A stretch of 64,000 bases of DNA from Candidatus Methylomirabilota bacterium (GTDB lineage: Bacteria > Methylomirabilota > Methylomirabilia > Rokubacteriales > CSP1-6). The translations under genes were made by a program, and so were the position numbers. Positions 8,977 to 18,005 of the stretch are shown here, piece after piece. The notes beneath the pieces are model-generated. The model saw only the letters and a program-made list of their open reading frames with translations. It made no database searches and was not told where the DNA came from. Within the stretch, counting starts at the first letter, position 1. Every line of letters starts with the position of its first letter. Location of the stretch: contig DASTCJ010000210.1 in NCBI GenBank assembly GCA_035605575.1, forward strand, positions 78,750 to 142,749, given 5' to 3'.

Positions 8977-9632
8977 GACCTCCAGCTCGTCAGCGTGTCG
9001 ATGACCGACTTCGATGATACGACGCGGCCGAAAGCTCGGCCAATGATGTCGAGGGTCGCACGCTGGATCTCCGGCCAGAGCGTGGACACGCCATCCTCGA
9101 CCACCGTGATTCGGTACTCGCGATTGAAGGCGCCCACGACGGTGGCGAGCACGCAGATGTCGGTCATCGTGCCGACGACCACGAGGGCGCTGACGTGCCG
9201 CGCGCGCAGCACGCCGTCCAGTTCGCTCCCCGCAAAGGCGTCGTACCAGCGCTTGCGGACCACCGGCTCCTCGGCCTGCGGGGCCAACGCATCGACGACG
9301 TCGGCGCTCGGGTCACCCTCGAGACAGCACGACGACGGGCGCCCGAACCCGCGCGGGGCATCGGCGGGCGACGGCTTGTGCTCGGGGTGAAGCTCGCCGA
9401 CCAGGAGCGGCACGCTCGGGGAGTACACGAAGGCGGTGAAGACGACCGGCAGCTCGGCGGCTCGGAACGCCTCGAGCAATGCACGAATCACCGGCATCGT
9501 CTGGCGCGCCGGCGGCACTTCCATCGCCTGACCGGGCTCGACGAAGCCACGCTGCATGTCGACGACGAGCAGGGCCGTGCGGCCCGGCTCGAGCCGCAGC
9601 ACGCGATCGAACGTGTCGGCGCGCCCGGTCAC
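8973..9632 (-). CDS. Isochorismatase-family cysteine hydrolase
   Basis: Catalytic D-K-C triad: ALLVVDMQ, RKRWYDAF, GTMTDICV. Start set at the GTG overlapping the upstream stop. Confidence 0.88.
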   Translation of the reverse strand: MTGRADTFDRVLRLEPGRTALLVVDMQRGFVEPGQAMEVPPARQTMPVIRALLEAFRAAELPVVFTAFVYSPSVPLLVGELHPEHKPSPADAPRGFGRPSSCCLEGDPSADVVDALAPQAEEPVVRKRWYDAFAGSELDGVLRARHVSALVVVGTMTDICVLATVVGAFNREYRITVVEDGVSTLWPEIQRATLDIIGRAFGRVVSSKSVIDTLTSWRS

Positions 9633-10099
9633 GACGCGCGCGACGCCGCCACGATCTGGGCCGCGTGCTCCTCGGCGTGCTCGCTCACGCGCCGCGCGAG
9701 GAACTCGATCGACATCGGCCCCAGCGTCGGATGTTGCCCCGCGCGCGCCCACTGCTCGTCGGGCAGCGTCTCGAGCAGGCGAGCGAGCTGCTCGTGCTCG
9801 GCGACGACCGTCGCCAGGAGATGCTCGGCCTTCTCGCCGCGGGCGAGACTGGCGCGGCGGTAGTTCTCTTCGTCGAAATCGGCGAACAGCGGCGTCGGCT
9901 CGTAGAGGAGTCGCCGGATGCGCAGGCCGTAGACGTGCACGATGACGTCCCGAAGATGCGTCAGTGTCTCGAGCGCCGACCACTCGCCGGCGCGCGGCGG
10001 CTCGGTGAAGCGCCCGCGCCTGGCGTGCTCGACGGCCTCGCGTACGACGCCGGTGGTCGCGCGCATGCGGTCGAGGAGCGCGCGATGCGTCGCCGTCAC
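9629..10099 (-). CDS. DinB/YfiT-like four-helix bundle protein
   Basis: C-terminal part of ORF 9629..11095. GEWSA.E.L.HL.D and EH.EEH..QI metal-binding His pattern. GTGA overlaps at both ends. Confidence 0.8.
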   Translation of the reverse strand: MTATHRALLDRMRATTGVVREAVEHARRGRFTEPPRAGEWSALETLTHLRDVIVHVYGLRIRRLLYEPTPLFADFDEENYRRASLARGEKAEHLLATVVAEHEQLARLLETLPDEQWARAGQHPTLGPMSIEFLARRVSEHAEEHAAQIVAASRAS

Positions 10100-10950
10100 G
10101 CGAACGCGCCGTGGACGAAGCCGATGATCTTTTCCAGCGCCGTCTTGGCGGCGGGTCCGTCGGGATGCTTGTTGATGAAGCCTTCGGCCTCCCCGTCGAA
10201 GAGCTCGAGATCGACCCGGCCGCCCGCCTTCCGGTAGAGCGTCACGAAGCGGTCGAGATCCGGTCGCGGATGGGCCACGTCGCGGCTGCCTTGCAGGTAG
10301 AGCGCCGGGGGCAAGTCCACCGCCTCCCCGCGCTCGAGCGCGAGCACGGGGTTGCCTTCGGCCATCGCGTCTTCGGTTTTCCAGTACTCGTCGTGGCACG
10401 GCAGCACGCGGTCGACGACCTCCGGGTAGGGCTGGCCCTTTGCCTTCAGCGCCTTCGCATAGCGATAGCGTGACAACGGATCGATCACCGGCCAGCAGAG
10501 AACGACGCAGCCCACCCGGGCATCGGCGTCGCCGGCGAGCGGTAGCGCGGCGTAGCGCGAGTCGAGTGGCCGCATGGCGAGCAGCATCCCCTGGTGGGCG
10601 CCGCTCGAAACGCCAAGGACGCCGACGCGATCGGCGCGGCCGCCGAAGCTGGCGGCGCGCGTCTTCAGCCAGCGGATGGCGTAGTGGATGTCCTGGAACG
10701 AGGCGGGATAGCCGGCCACCGGCGGCATCCGGAAATCGAGCGCGGCCACCACGAGGCCGCTCCGCGCGAGCGCCTCGTTGATCGGCGTGTCGTTCAGCCG
10801 ATCGCCGCGGCACCAGGCACCGCCGTGCAGGTCGACGACCATCGGGAAGGGGCCGGCACCGCGCGGCTTGAAGATCCGCGCCAGCAGCGGGCTGTCGCCG
10901 TGACGGAGATACTCGACGTCCTCGACCGTGATGTCGTGCTTCGCTGTCAT
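10096..10950 (-). CDS. Alpha/beta hydrolase, HSL/esterase-like
   Basis: LHGGAW oxyanion motif, nucleophile elbow GVSSG, good SD (GAAGGAG). Confidence 0.85.
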   Translation of the reverse strand: MTAKHDITVEDVEYLRHGDSPLLARIFKPRGAGPFPMVVDLHGGAWCRGDRLNDTPINEALARSGLVVAALDFRMPPVAGYPASFQDIHYAIRWLKTRAASFGGRADRVGVLGVSSGAHQGMLLAMRPLDSRYAALPLAGDADARVGCVVLCWPVIDPLSRYRYAKALKAKGQPYPEVVDRVLPCHDEYWKTEDAMAEGNPVLALERGEAVDLPPALYLQGSRDVAHPRPDLDRFVTLYRKAGGRVDLELFDGEAEGFINKHPDGPAAKTALEKIIGFVHGAFA

Positions 10951-10968
10951 GGCGTTCTCCTTCGAGAG

Positions 10969-11907
10969 TCAGCGGGTAAGGGCGGGCAAAATGTCCCGCG
11001 CGATGATCTCGACCTGATCCGGCTGATACCGGTAGGGAATCAGGATGAGGCGATCGACGCCGCTGGCGACGTGCGCACGAAGCTGCTCGGTGCATTCCTT
11101 CACGCTGCCGCGAATGGCGTGCTCAATGGTCGATTCGCTCCAGGCGGCGACGTCCCATTCGGTCTGGAGCCAGTGCCGCATCGGCGCCTCCGTCTCGGCG
11201 CGGGAGGCGCCGACGAGGATCGCCAGCTGATTGGTGCCGGTGAGCGTCTTCGGGTCGCGCCCCGCCTCGCGCGCGAACGCAAGAATCTTCGCCCACGATT
11301 TCTGGTACGACTCCGGCGTGTAGAAGTAGGTGAGCCAGCCGTCGCCCTTGGTGGCGACGCGCTTGAGCACCGCGTCCACGTAGCCGCCGATGAGAATCGG
11401 CGGGCGTGGCCGCTGCGCCGTGCGCGGACGCATGACGGCCTCGCGGAGGTTGAATTCGTCGGTCTGCAGGGTGACGCGGTCGTCGGTCCACAGCCGCGTG
11501 AGGATCTCGAAATTGCGCTCGAACAGCCGCCCGCGCTGCTTGAACGGCACGCCCACCGCGTCGAACTCGCGGGCGTACCAGCCGGCGGCCACACCCAGGA
11601 TGAGACGCCCTTTCGAGATGACGTCGAGCGTGCCGATCGCCTTGGCGGCCACCGTCGGATTGCGTAGGGGGAGCACGAGCACGCCGGTGCCCAGCTTGAT
11701 GCGCGACGTGCGGGCCGCAATGGCGGTCAGCGTGCCGACGGCGTCGAGAATCGGGAAGGACGGCTCGACCCCGAGGATCACGTGGTCCCAGGCCCACAGC
11801 GACTCGAAGCCGAGCTCCTCGGCCCGCGCCGCGTAGCGATACAGCTCGTCGATGTCCGGCGTCTCGGTGGGGCCGACGAAATTCTTGATGGCGAGACCGA
11901 CGTGCAC
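10969..11907 (-). CDS. LLM-class flavin (possibly F420)-dependent oxidoreductase
   Basis: AEELGFESLWAWDH, TSRIKLGTGVL.LP.RNP...AK...TLD..S.GRL.LGV..GW, PPILIGG. Confidence 0.9.
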   Translation of the reverse strand: MHVGLAIKNFVGPTETPDIDELYRYAARAEELGFESLWAWDHVILGVEPSFPILDAVGTLTAIAARTSRIKLGTGVLVLPLRNPTVAAKAIGTLDVISKGRLILGVAAGWYAREFDAVGVPFKQRGRLFERNFEILTRLWTDDRVTLQTDEFNLREAVMRPRTAQRPRPPILIGGYVDAVLKRVATKGDGWLTYFYTPESYQKSWAKILAFAREAGRDPKTLTGTNQLAILVGASRAETEAPMRHWLQTEWDVAAWSESTIEHAIRGSVKECTEQLRAHVASGVDRLILIPYRYQPDQVEIIARDILPALTR

Positions 11908-11917
11908 GCGGCGCCTC

Positions 11918-12682
11918 CTAGCCGAGAAACCGCCGCTCGGGATCGAGCGCGCGCAGCATCTCGAGCTCGTCCGCCGCCGGTGGCGCCGTCCGGGTGATCT
12001 CCGGGGCGTCGAGCAGGGCGAACCCGGTGTGATCCTGAACGTGCTCCCGCGTGACGCCCGGGTGGAGCGCCTCCACGCGCATGCGGCGCGTCTCGGGCTC
12101 GAACCCGAACACGCCGAGTGTCGTCACCACTCGCGAGACGCCGCCGAACATCAGTCCCGACCGTCGACGGCTGTCGCCGCCTTCGAGCCAGGCGGGGCTG
12201 GTGACGAAGTCGACCTTCGGTACGAAGCGACGCCGCTCGTGGGCGGTCACGATGATGACCTCGCGACAGAGCGACGCGATGTCGTTGGCGCCGCCCGTGC
12301 CGGGCAGACGCACCTTCGGCTTCCAGTACTCGGCGCCGAGAACGCTCGTGTTGACGTTGCCGTACTGATCGATCTGGGCGCCACCCATGAAGCCGTAATC
12401 GAGGAAGCCGCGCTGGGCGAAGAGGAACGTGTCGGTGATGCCGGGCAGCATCTGTGCGCGATGGCCGGCCCGCATCTCGTTGGTGGAGATCGGCAACCGA
12501 CCGGGCTTGATACGCGGGCCTATGATCCCGCCTTCGATGACCATGGTGAGGCGCGGCGCGTGGCGCTGCTGGGCGAGCGCGGCCGCGAGCAGCGGCACGC
12601 CGACGCCGGCGAAGACAGTGGTGTCGTCGCGCAGCAGGCGCGAGGCCATCACGGCCAGGAGCTCGGACGCGCTGATGCTCAC
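11918..12682 (-). CDS. Family I CoA-transferase beta subunit (GctB/CatJ-like)
   Basis: VFAGVG.P, IEGG (catalytic Glu region), GGAQID.YGNVN, LPGTGGANDIA. Start at GTG 12682. Confidence 0.88.
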   Translation of the reverse strand: MSISASELLAVMASRLLRDDTTVFAGVGVPLLAAALAQQRHAPRLTMVIEGGIIGPRIKPGRLPISTNEMRAGHRAQMLPGITDTFLFAQRGFLDYGFMGGAQIDQYGNVNTSVLGAEYWKPKVRLPGTGGANDIASLCREVIIVTAHERRRFVPKVDFVTSPAWLEGGDSRRRSGLMFGGVSRVVTTLGVFGFEPETRRMRVEALHPGVTREHVQDHTGFALLDAPEITRTAPPAADELEMLRALDPERRFLG

Positions 12683-13662
12683 GCGGTCAGCTCGCGTGCA
12701 AGCGCGCGCTGGCGCGCCAGGCGCTCGCCGCCGAAGAGCTCGAGATAGTCGTCGTACGTCGCCGGCGCATGGACGTAGCGCTCGAGGTACTCGACCACGG
12801 CCCGGGGGCCGCGGGCGTCGATGGCGGAGGTGTAGTCGCCGAAGTGCTCGTAGTCCGCTTCGTAGAGGCCGTAGCACTCGTGTGGGTACGAGCCGAACGG
12901 TACGTGCACGAGGGCGTCCACCAGGAATCCCGGAATGACCGTGCGATCCGGGTGCCGTCGCGTCTCATCCTCCGGAACGATCTCCTCGGTGGTCATCAGC
13001 ACGGTCGTCGCCGCGCGTGCGATGTCGGCGTCCATGTGCGGATAGCCGTCGATCTGCGCGTTGCCGAAGCGATCGGCCCGGTGGACGTGCAGGATGGCCA
13101 CTTCCGGGAACAGCGCGGGGACGGCGCCCAGCGACTCACCCGAGTACGGATCGACCACCGTCTTCATGCCGCCGACGTCCACGAGGTCGGAACCGAGCAT
13201 CGTCAGTGACGGCACGAATGGCACGCCCATGGCTGCCGCGCGGAAACGCAGCCCGAGCGCGAGGTGGCTCCACTCCTCCAGCGCCACGGCGCCGCTTTCC
13301 ACGTAGTGGCGCATGATCTTCGACACGCCCCACGGCAGCCCGATCGACATCCACGCCGTCATGACGCGCTCGACGGCGCCGGCGGCCATCATGAACTCGC
13401 CTTCGGTGCACATCAGGTTGCGCACGAGCGTGAGTCGCGTCCGGCGCTGGCGGAGGATCTCGCGGACGAGGGCCATCGGCGTGCGGGAGAACAGGCAACC
13501 ACCGACGGCAATGCGATCGCCATCGGCCACGCGCGCGATGGCGTCCTCCACCGAGGTCAGCTTGTCGCTCGAGGATTTCGCCTTGGACTCCAGTCGGCGC
13601 CGCGCCGCGATGAAGTCCCAGTCGGCCGGTCTCAGGTGAGGATCTCCCACTTCGCCTGCCAC
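12679..13662 (-). CDS. Family I CoA-transferase alpha subunit (GctA/CatI-like)
   Basis: V.DGD.I..GG....R.PMALVRE, RFRAAAMGVPF, A..HV.RAD..GN. Start uncertain (13662 or 13650). Confidence 0.88.
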   Translation of the reverse strand: MAGEVGDPHLRPADWDFIAARRRLESKAKSSSDKLTSVEDAIARVADGDRIAVGGCLFSRTPMALVREILRQRRTRLTLVRNLMCTEGEFMMAAGAVERVMTAWMSIGLPWGVSKIMRHYVESGAVALEEWSHLALGLRFRAAAMGVPFVPSLTMLGSDLVDVGGMKTVVDPYSGESLGAVPALFPEVAILHVHRADRFGNAQIDGYPHMDADIARAATTVLMTTEEIVPEDETRRHPDRTVIPGFLVDALVHVPFGSYPHECYGLYEADYEHFGDYTSAIDARGPRAVVEYLERYVHAPATYDDYLELFGGERLARQRALARELTA

Positions 13663-14678
13663 CGGTCGAGCTCCTCGCGCGTCTTGTCGTCCATCGGATG
13701 CTCGCGCTCGGGCACGTCGATGTGCTTGGCCTCACCGCAGAGCGGCGTGGTGAAATAGCGCTGACCCGTGTCGTTCGCCATGGTGACGATCGACGGCAGC
13801 TCGGGATGGCGCAGAGCGAGCTTTACGGCGGCAGCGACGTTGCAGCCCGTCGAGATCCCACAGAAGAGGCCTTCCTCGGCGGCGAGCCGCCGCGCCATGG
13901 CCACCGACTCCTCGGTCGTCGTGGTGATGACGCCGGTCAGCAGCGAGACGTCGAGGTTGTCGGGGATGAAGCCGTCCCCGATGCCCTCGATGCCGTGCGG
14001 CCCCCACGCGCGCCGGGCCAGCAGCGCGCACTCCGCCGGCTCCACCGCGTAGACGCGCACACGACCGTCCCGCTCTCGGAGATAGCGGCCGACGCCGGTG
14101 AGCGTGCCGCCGCTACCCTGCGCGGCCACGAAGGCGCCCACGACGCCGCCCGCCTGCTCCCAGATCTCGGGACCCGTCGTGCGCGTGTGAGCGTCGATGT
14201 TGTCGGCGTTCGAGAACTGCCCAGGCACCCAGTAGCCCGTCGGATCGCCGGCGCGGATCTCCGCCAGCCGCTTCAGCGAGAGATCGACGTCGCTCTCGCC
14301 GCCGGGCGTGAAGACGAGATCGGCGCCATAGGCGCGCATGATCTTCTTCCGCTCGTCGCTCATTCCGGCCGGCATGACGATCGTGCAGCGATAGCCCTTG
14401 ACGGCGGCGATGAACGCGCACGCGATGCCGGCATTGCCGGTGGAGCACTCGAGCACGCGCATGCCGGGCTTGAGCTCGCCGCGCGCCTCCGCGCGGTCGA
14501 ACATGTGCAGGTAGATCCGGTCCTTTAGGCTCCCGCTCGGTCCGAACCACTCGACCTTCACGTAGATGGCCGGCCGCACGTGCGTCGTCACGCGATTGAG
14601 GCGAACGAGCGGCGTGCGCCCGATGGCCTCGCTGATGGAGGAGAGGGCCGAGCGGTGCGCGTCCCATCGAAGCGGCAT
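13632..14678 (-). CDS. cysK: PLP-dependent cysteine synthase family protein
   Basis: IGRTPLVRL, PSGSLKDRI (PLP Lys), STGNAG, GSGGTLTG, IEGIG, GISTGCN. Start set at ATG 14678. Confidence 0.8.
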   Translation of the reverse strand: MPLRWDAHRSALSSISEAIGRTPLVRLNRVTTHVRPAIYVKVEWFGPSGSLKDRIYLHMFDRAEARGELKPGMRVLECSTGNAGIACAFIAAVKGYRCTIVMPAGMSDERKKIMRAYGADLVFTPGGESDVDLSLKRLAEIRAGDPTGYWVPGQFSNADNIDAHTRTTGPEIWEQAGGVVGAFVAAQGSGGTLTGVGRYLRERDGRVRVYAVEPAECALLARRAWGPHGIEGIGDGFIPDNLDVSLLTGVITTTTEESVAMARRLAAEEGLFCGISTGCNVAAAVKLALRHPELPSIVTMANDTGQRYFTTPLCGEAKHIDVPEREHPMDDKTREELDRWQAKWEILT

Positions 14679-14687
14679 GGGCTCCGA

Positions 14688-14693
14688 ATTGTA
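14688..14693 (-). promoter_or_regulatory. Putative -10 element (TACAAT) 9 nt upstream of the cysK-like ATG
   Basis: TACAAT-TCGGAGCCC-ATG on the minus strand, no clear -35. Confidence 0.45.
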
Positions 14694-14707
14694 CCCGAAT
14701 CGCAGGG

Positions 14708-15082
14708 CTATCGCTCGGCCGCATCGAACGCGCCGCGCAGGTGCCGCACCGATGACGTGCCGCGCTCGTCCACCGTGACCGCGACCACGTCGAACCGGCA
14801 GCGCGGCTCCCCCAGGCCGCGCCACTTCAGATAGTGATGCGCGAGTCGCGTGAGTCGCCATTGCTTGAGCGGCGAGACGGCAGCCGCCGGACCGTCGCCC
14901 CAGCGCGCGCGCCGCGACTTGACCTCGACGAATACCAGCACGTCACCGTCGCGACACACGAGGTCGATCTCGCCATGCGCGAACCGAACGTTGCGCTCGA
15001 TCACGCGAAGGCCGACATCCTGGAGATAGACTGCCGCCGCCGCCTCCGCCGCCACGCCCGTCCGCCGCCGCGCCTCGCTCAT
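14708..15082 (-). CDS. yraN: YraN (UPF0102) family putative endonuclease
   Basis: G..AE..A..YL...G..VIERNVR..HGEIDLV..DG..LVFVEVK.R. Confidence 0.92.
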   Translation of the reverse strand: MSEARRRTGVAAEAAAAVYLQDVGLRVIERNVRFAHGEIDLVCRDGDVLVFVEVKSRRARWGDGPAAAVSPLKQWRLTRLAHHYLKWRGLGEPRCRFDVVAVTVDERGTSSVRHLRGAFDAAER

Positions 15083-15088
15083 CGTCTT

Positions 15089-15117
15089 CGTATAGCGCGG
15101 GCGAGCGCAGACGCCAA
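15089..15117 (-). promoter_or_regulatory. Putative sigma-70 promoter for leaderless yraN
   Basis: TTGGCG-N17-TATACG, then 6 nt to ATG. Confidence 0.4.
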
Positions 15118-15141
15118 TGTCCGGAATCGAAGACGGCCGCG

Positions 15142-15786
15142 CTACTCCTGATGCTCGAGGACGAACAGCTCGCCCTGACGCCACACGCCGGAGAACGAGC
15201 GGCGATGGATCGGACAGGCGCCGTGGCGGTCGAGCGCGGCGAGGTGATCGGGGGTCGCGTAGCCCTTGTGGCGCGCGAAGCCGTATTCGGGGAATCGCTC
15301 GTCGGCCTCGAGCATGAGCCGGTCGCGAGTGACCTTGGCCACGATGGAAGCAGCAGCGACGGTTGCGCAGCGCGCGTCGCCGTCGACGATGTTCCGTTGT
15401 GGGCAGGTGAGCGCCGGCACGGAGACGAAGTCCGTGATGACCAGCTCGGGCGCCACCGTCAGCGCGCGAATCGCCTCCGCCATGGCGCGCTTCGTGGCCT
15501 GCAGGATGTTGATGCGGTCGATGGTCAGGTGATCGACGATGCCGACCCCGATGGCGACGGCGCGCTCGTAGATCACCGCGAACAGCTCCTCGCGCCGCTC
15601 GGCGGTGAGGAGCTTCGAGTCGGCCACGCCGCGAACGCGGCGCTGGGGATCGAGAATGACGGCGGCGGCGACCACCGGTCCCGCCAGCGGGCCACGACCG
15701 GCCTCGTCCAGGCCGGCGACGCGGGTGACGCCCGCGCGCCAGGCCTGGGCCTCGTAGCGGTACGGCGCCGAGGGAGGCGGCGTCAC
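15142..15786 (-). CDS. rnhB: Ribonuclease HII
   Basis: AGLDEAGRGPLAGPVVAAAV, DSK.L, GD......AAASIVAKV.RD, HKGY.T, HRRSF. Confidence 0.96.
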   Translation of the reverse strand: MTPPPSAPYRYEAQAWRAGVTRVAGLDEAGRGPLAGPVVAAAVILDPQRRVRGVADSKLLTAERREELFAVIYERAVAIGVGIVDHLTIDRINILQATKRAMAEAIRALTVAPELVITDFVSVPALTCPQRNIVDGDARCATVAAASIVAKVTRDRLMLEADERFPEYGFARHKGYATPDHLAALDRHGACPIHRRSFSGVWRQGELFVLEHQE

Positions 15787-15803
15787 GCCCGGTTGTGCGC
15801 GGT

Positions 15804-16181
15804 CTACTCGGTGGTGGCGGTGGTGGCAGGAACCACGTTCACGCGTTTTTCACGCAGCCGCGCCGCCTTGCCGGCGAGCGAGCGGAGGTAGTAGAGCTTC
15901 GAGCGGCGCACGCGTCCGTGGCGGACGACGTCCACGCGCTCGATCCGCGGGGAGTGGAGCGGGAACGTCCGCTCGACGCCGACGCCGTACGAGATGCGAC
16001 GCACGGTGAACGAGGCGCGCGCTCCCTCACCGCGCCGGCGGATGACGGTGCCGTCGAAGACCTGCGTCCGCTCCTTCTCGCCCTCGATGACCTTCACGTG
16101 CACCCGAACCTGGTCGCCGGGGTCGAACCCCTGCCGGTCCTTCTTGAGTTGCCCCGCCTCGACGATCCGAATCGCATCCAT
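15804..16181 (-). CDS. rplS: 50S ribosomal protein L19
   Basis: [44 protein letters not shown]. Confidence 0.98.
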   Translation of the reverse strand: MDAIRIVEAGQLKKDRQGFDPGDQVRVHVKVIEGEKERTQVFDGTVIRRRGEGARASFTVRRISYGVGVERTFPLHSPRIERVDVVRHGRVRRSKLYYLRSLAGKAARLREKRVNVVPATTATTE

Positions 16182-16217
16182 GATCTGTCGTCCCTTTCTA
16201 TCGCGGCGCGGCCGTCG

Positions 16218-16949
16218 TCACGACGGCGTCTCCCCGCGTTCGAACCGCTCGATCATCCGCCGCTCCTCGTCGGTCAGGCTGGCCTCGGCCAGCAGCTCCG
16301 GTCGGCGGCGCCACGTCAGGAACAATGCCTGCTCCCGACGCCACCGCGCGACTCGCGCGTGATCGCCCGAGAGCAGCACGCCGGGCACCCGCGCGCCGCG
16401 AAACTCCTCCGGTCGCGTGTACTGCGGCGGCTCCAGCAGGCCGCTCGCGAACGATTCGCGCTCGGCGCCGCCCTCCGCCCCGAGCACGCCGGGCAGCAGG
16501 CGCGTGACGGCGTCGGTCACCACGAGTGCCGGCAGCTCGCCGCCGGTCACCACGTAATCCCCGATCGAGATGCTGTCGTCGACCACGCTGCTGACACGCT
16601 CGTCCACACCCTCGTATCGCCCGGCGATGAGAACCAGATGCGTCTCTCGTGCGAGCTCCGCCGCCACCGCCTGGTTGAACGTCCGCCCGCGGGGATCCAG
16701 GAGGATCACGCGCGTCTCATCCGTTCGCAGGGCCTCGACGGCGGCGAAGATCGGCTCCGGCTTCAGCACCATGCCGCCGCCGCCGCCGAACTGATAGTCA
16801 TCGGCGTTGCGGTGGCGGCCTGTCGCGTAGTCTCGAAGATCGACCACGCGGATGTCAACGAGTCCGCGTTGCCGCGCCCGCCCCAGCATCGAGGCCGAGA
16901 CCACGGGCTCGATCATCCCGGGGAACAGCGTCAGCACGTCGATGCGCAT
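16218..16949 (-). CDS. trmD: tRNA (guanine-N1)-methyltransferase
   Basis: [43 protein letters not shown]. Confidence 0.97.
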   Translation of the reverse strand: MRIDVLTLFPGMIEPVVSASMLGRARQRGLVDIRVVDLRDYATGRHRNADDYQFGGGGGMVLKPEPIFAAVEALRTDETRVILLDPRGRTFNQAVAAELARETHLVLIAGRYEGVDERVSSVVDDSISIGDYVVTGGELPALVVTDAVTRLLPGVLGAEGGAERESFASGLLEPPQYTRPEEFRGARVPGVLLSGDHARVARWRREQALFLTWRRRPELLAEASLTDEERRMIERFERGETPS

Positions 16950-17470
16950 CAGAGCTCCAGCAGGCCCTCCGGCGGATGGATCACGATCCGTCCGCCCCTG
17001 ATATCCACCTCGCGCACGATCTCGGGCACCGCCGGCACGAGGTGCTCCCGGCCCTCGTCCCCCACCACCCAGAGGTCCTGGGCAGCGCCACGTTCGACGC
17101 GCAGGACACGACCTACGTCGCCTCCGTCCTCGGTCAGCACGCGACAACCGACGAGCTGCCATGGATAAAAGTGCCCGTCGGGCGGCGGCAGCGCCTCCGA
17201 CTCTGGGATGGCGAGCAGCCATCCCGTGAGGGACGCGACGGCCTCGGGAGAGTCGTACCCGTCGACGGCGACGAGCAGTGTCTCGCCCTGAAGGCGGGCG
17301 CCACGGATCCGGCAGGGCTGCCGCCGGTCCCGTGTCTCGTCCCAGAGCACGCACGCCCCGAGCGTCTCGAACCGCTCCGGACGATCGGTGAGCGGCGTCA
17401 CCCGCACCTCGCCTTTGAGCCCGTGCGGCCGGCCGATCTCGCCGATGGCGACGAGCCGGTCGGCGGCCAC
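16949..17470 (-). CDS. rimM: Ribosome maturation factor RimM
   Basis: [28 protein letters not shown]. Located between khpA and trmD. Confidence 0.95.
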   Translation of the reverse strand: MAADRLVAIGEIGRPHGLKGEVRVTPLTDRPERFETLGACVLWDETRDRRQPCRIRGARLQGETLLVAVDGYDSPEAVASLTGWLLAIPESEALPPPDGHFYPWQLVGCRVLTEDGGDVGRVLRVERGAAQDLWVVGDEGREHLVPAVPEIVREVDIRGGRIVIHPPEGLLEL

Positions 17471-17700
17471 TACTCGACGATTTCGAGCACGGCGCGCTTG
17501 CGGAGCTTCGTGGCGTTGGCGTTCAAGATCGTGCGCAGCGCCCGCGCCGTGCGGCCCTGCTTGCCGATGACCTTGCCGAGGTCGCCGGGTGCCACGCGCA
17601 GCTCGATGACCGTCACGCGCTCCCCCTCGACCTGCCTGACTTCCACGTGGTCCGAGTCGTCTACCAGTGCCTTCGCCATGAACTCCACCAGCTCGCGCAT
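17470..17700 (-). CDS. khpA: KH-domain RNA-binding protein (KhpA/UPF0109)
   Basis: [28 protein letters not shown]. Start set at ATG 17700. Confidence 0.93.
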   Translation of the reverse strand: MRELVEFMAKALVDDSDHVEVRQVEGERVTVIELRVAPGDLGKVIGKQGRTARALRTILNANATKLRKRAVLEIVE

Positions 17701-17752
17701 CGACGTCCTGCCTCTGCTGCAGCTTCCGGTGCTGCGTGTTACGAATGTCCGG

Positions 17753-18001
17753 CTACGCCGTCGGTTTGGGCGACAGCGCAATCAGCTTGCGTACCGTGTT
17801 GGACGGCTGCGCGCCCTTGCTGATCCACGCCTCCGCCTTCGCGCGGTCGATGCTCACCTGCGGCGGATCGGTGACGGGATTGTAGTGGCCGATCACCTCG
17901 ATGAATCGTCCGTCGCGCGGCGAGCGGGAATCCGCGACCACGACGCGGTACCGCGGCCGCTTGCTCGAGCCTTCCCGTCTCAGTCGAATCGAAACACTCA
18001 C
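17753..18001 (-). CDS. rpsP: 30S ribosomal protein S16
   Basis: V.IRL.R.G....[24 protein letters not shown]. Confidence 0.98.
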   Translation of the reverse strand: MSVSIRLRREGSSKRPRYRVVVADSRSPRDGRFIEVIGHYNPVTDPPQVSIDRAKAEAWISKGAQPSNTVRKLIALSPKPTA

Positions 18002-18005
18002 GTGC

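Noticed and set aside
6697-9390. 897-aa plus-strand ORF and similar long antisense ORFs (for example 35650..37587, 38878..40467, 60242..61972)
   Set aside because: They are shadows of well-supported opposite-strand genes, expected in high-GC DNA, and carry no recognisable motifs.
17701-17752. Small hairpin GCAGC-N7-GCTGC between rpsP and khpA
   Set aside because: A 5-bp stem with no U-tract is too weak to call a terminator or regulatory RNA.
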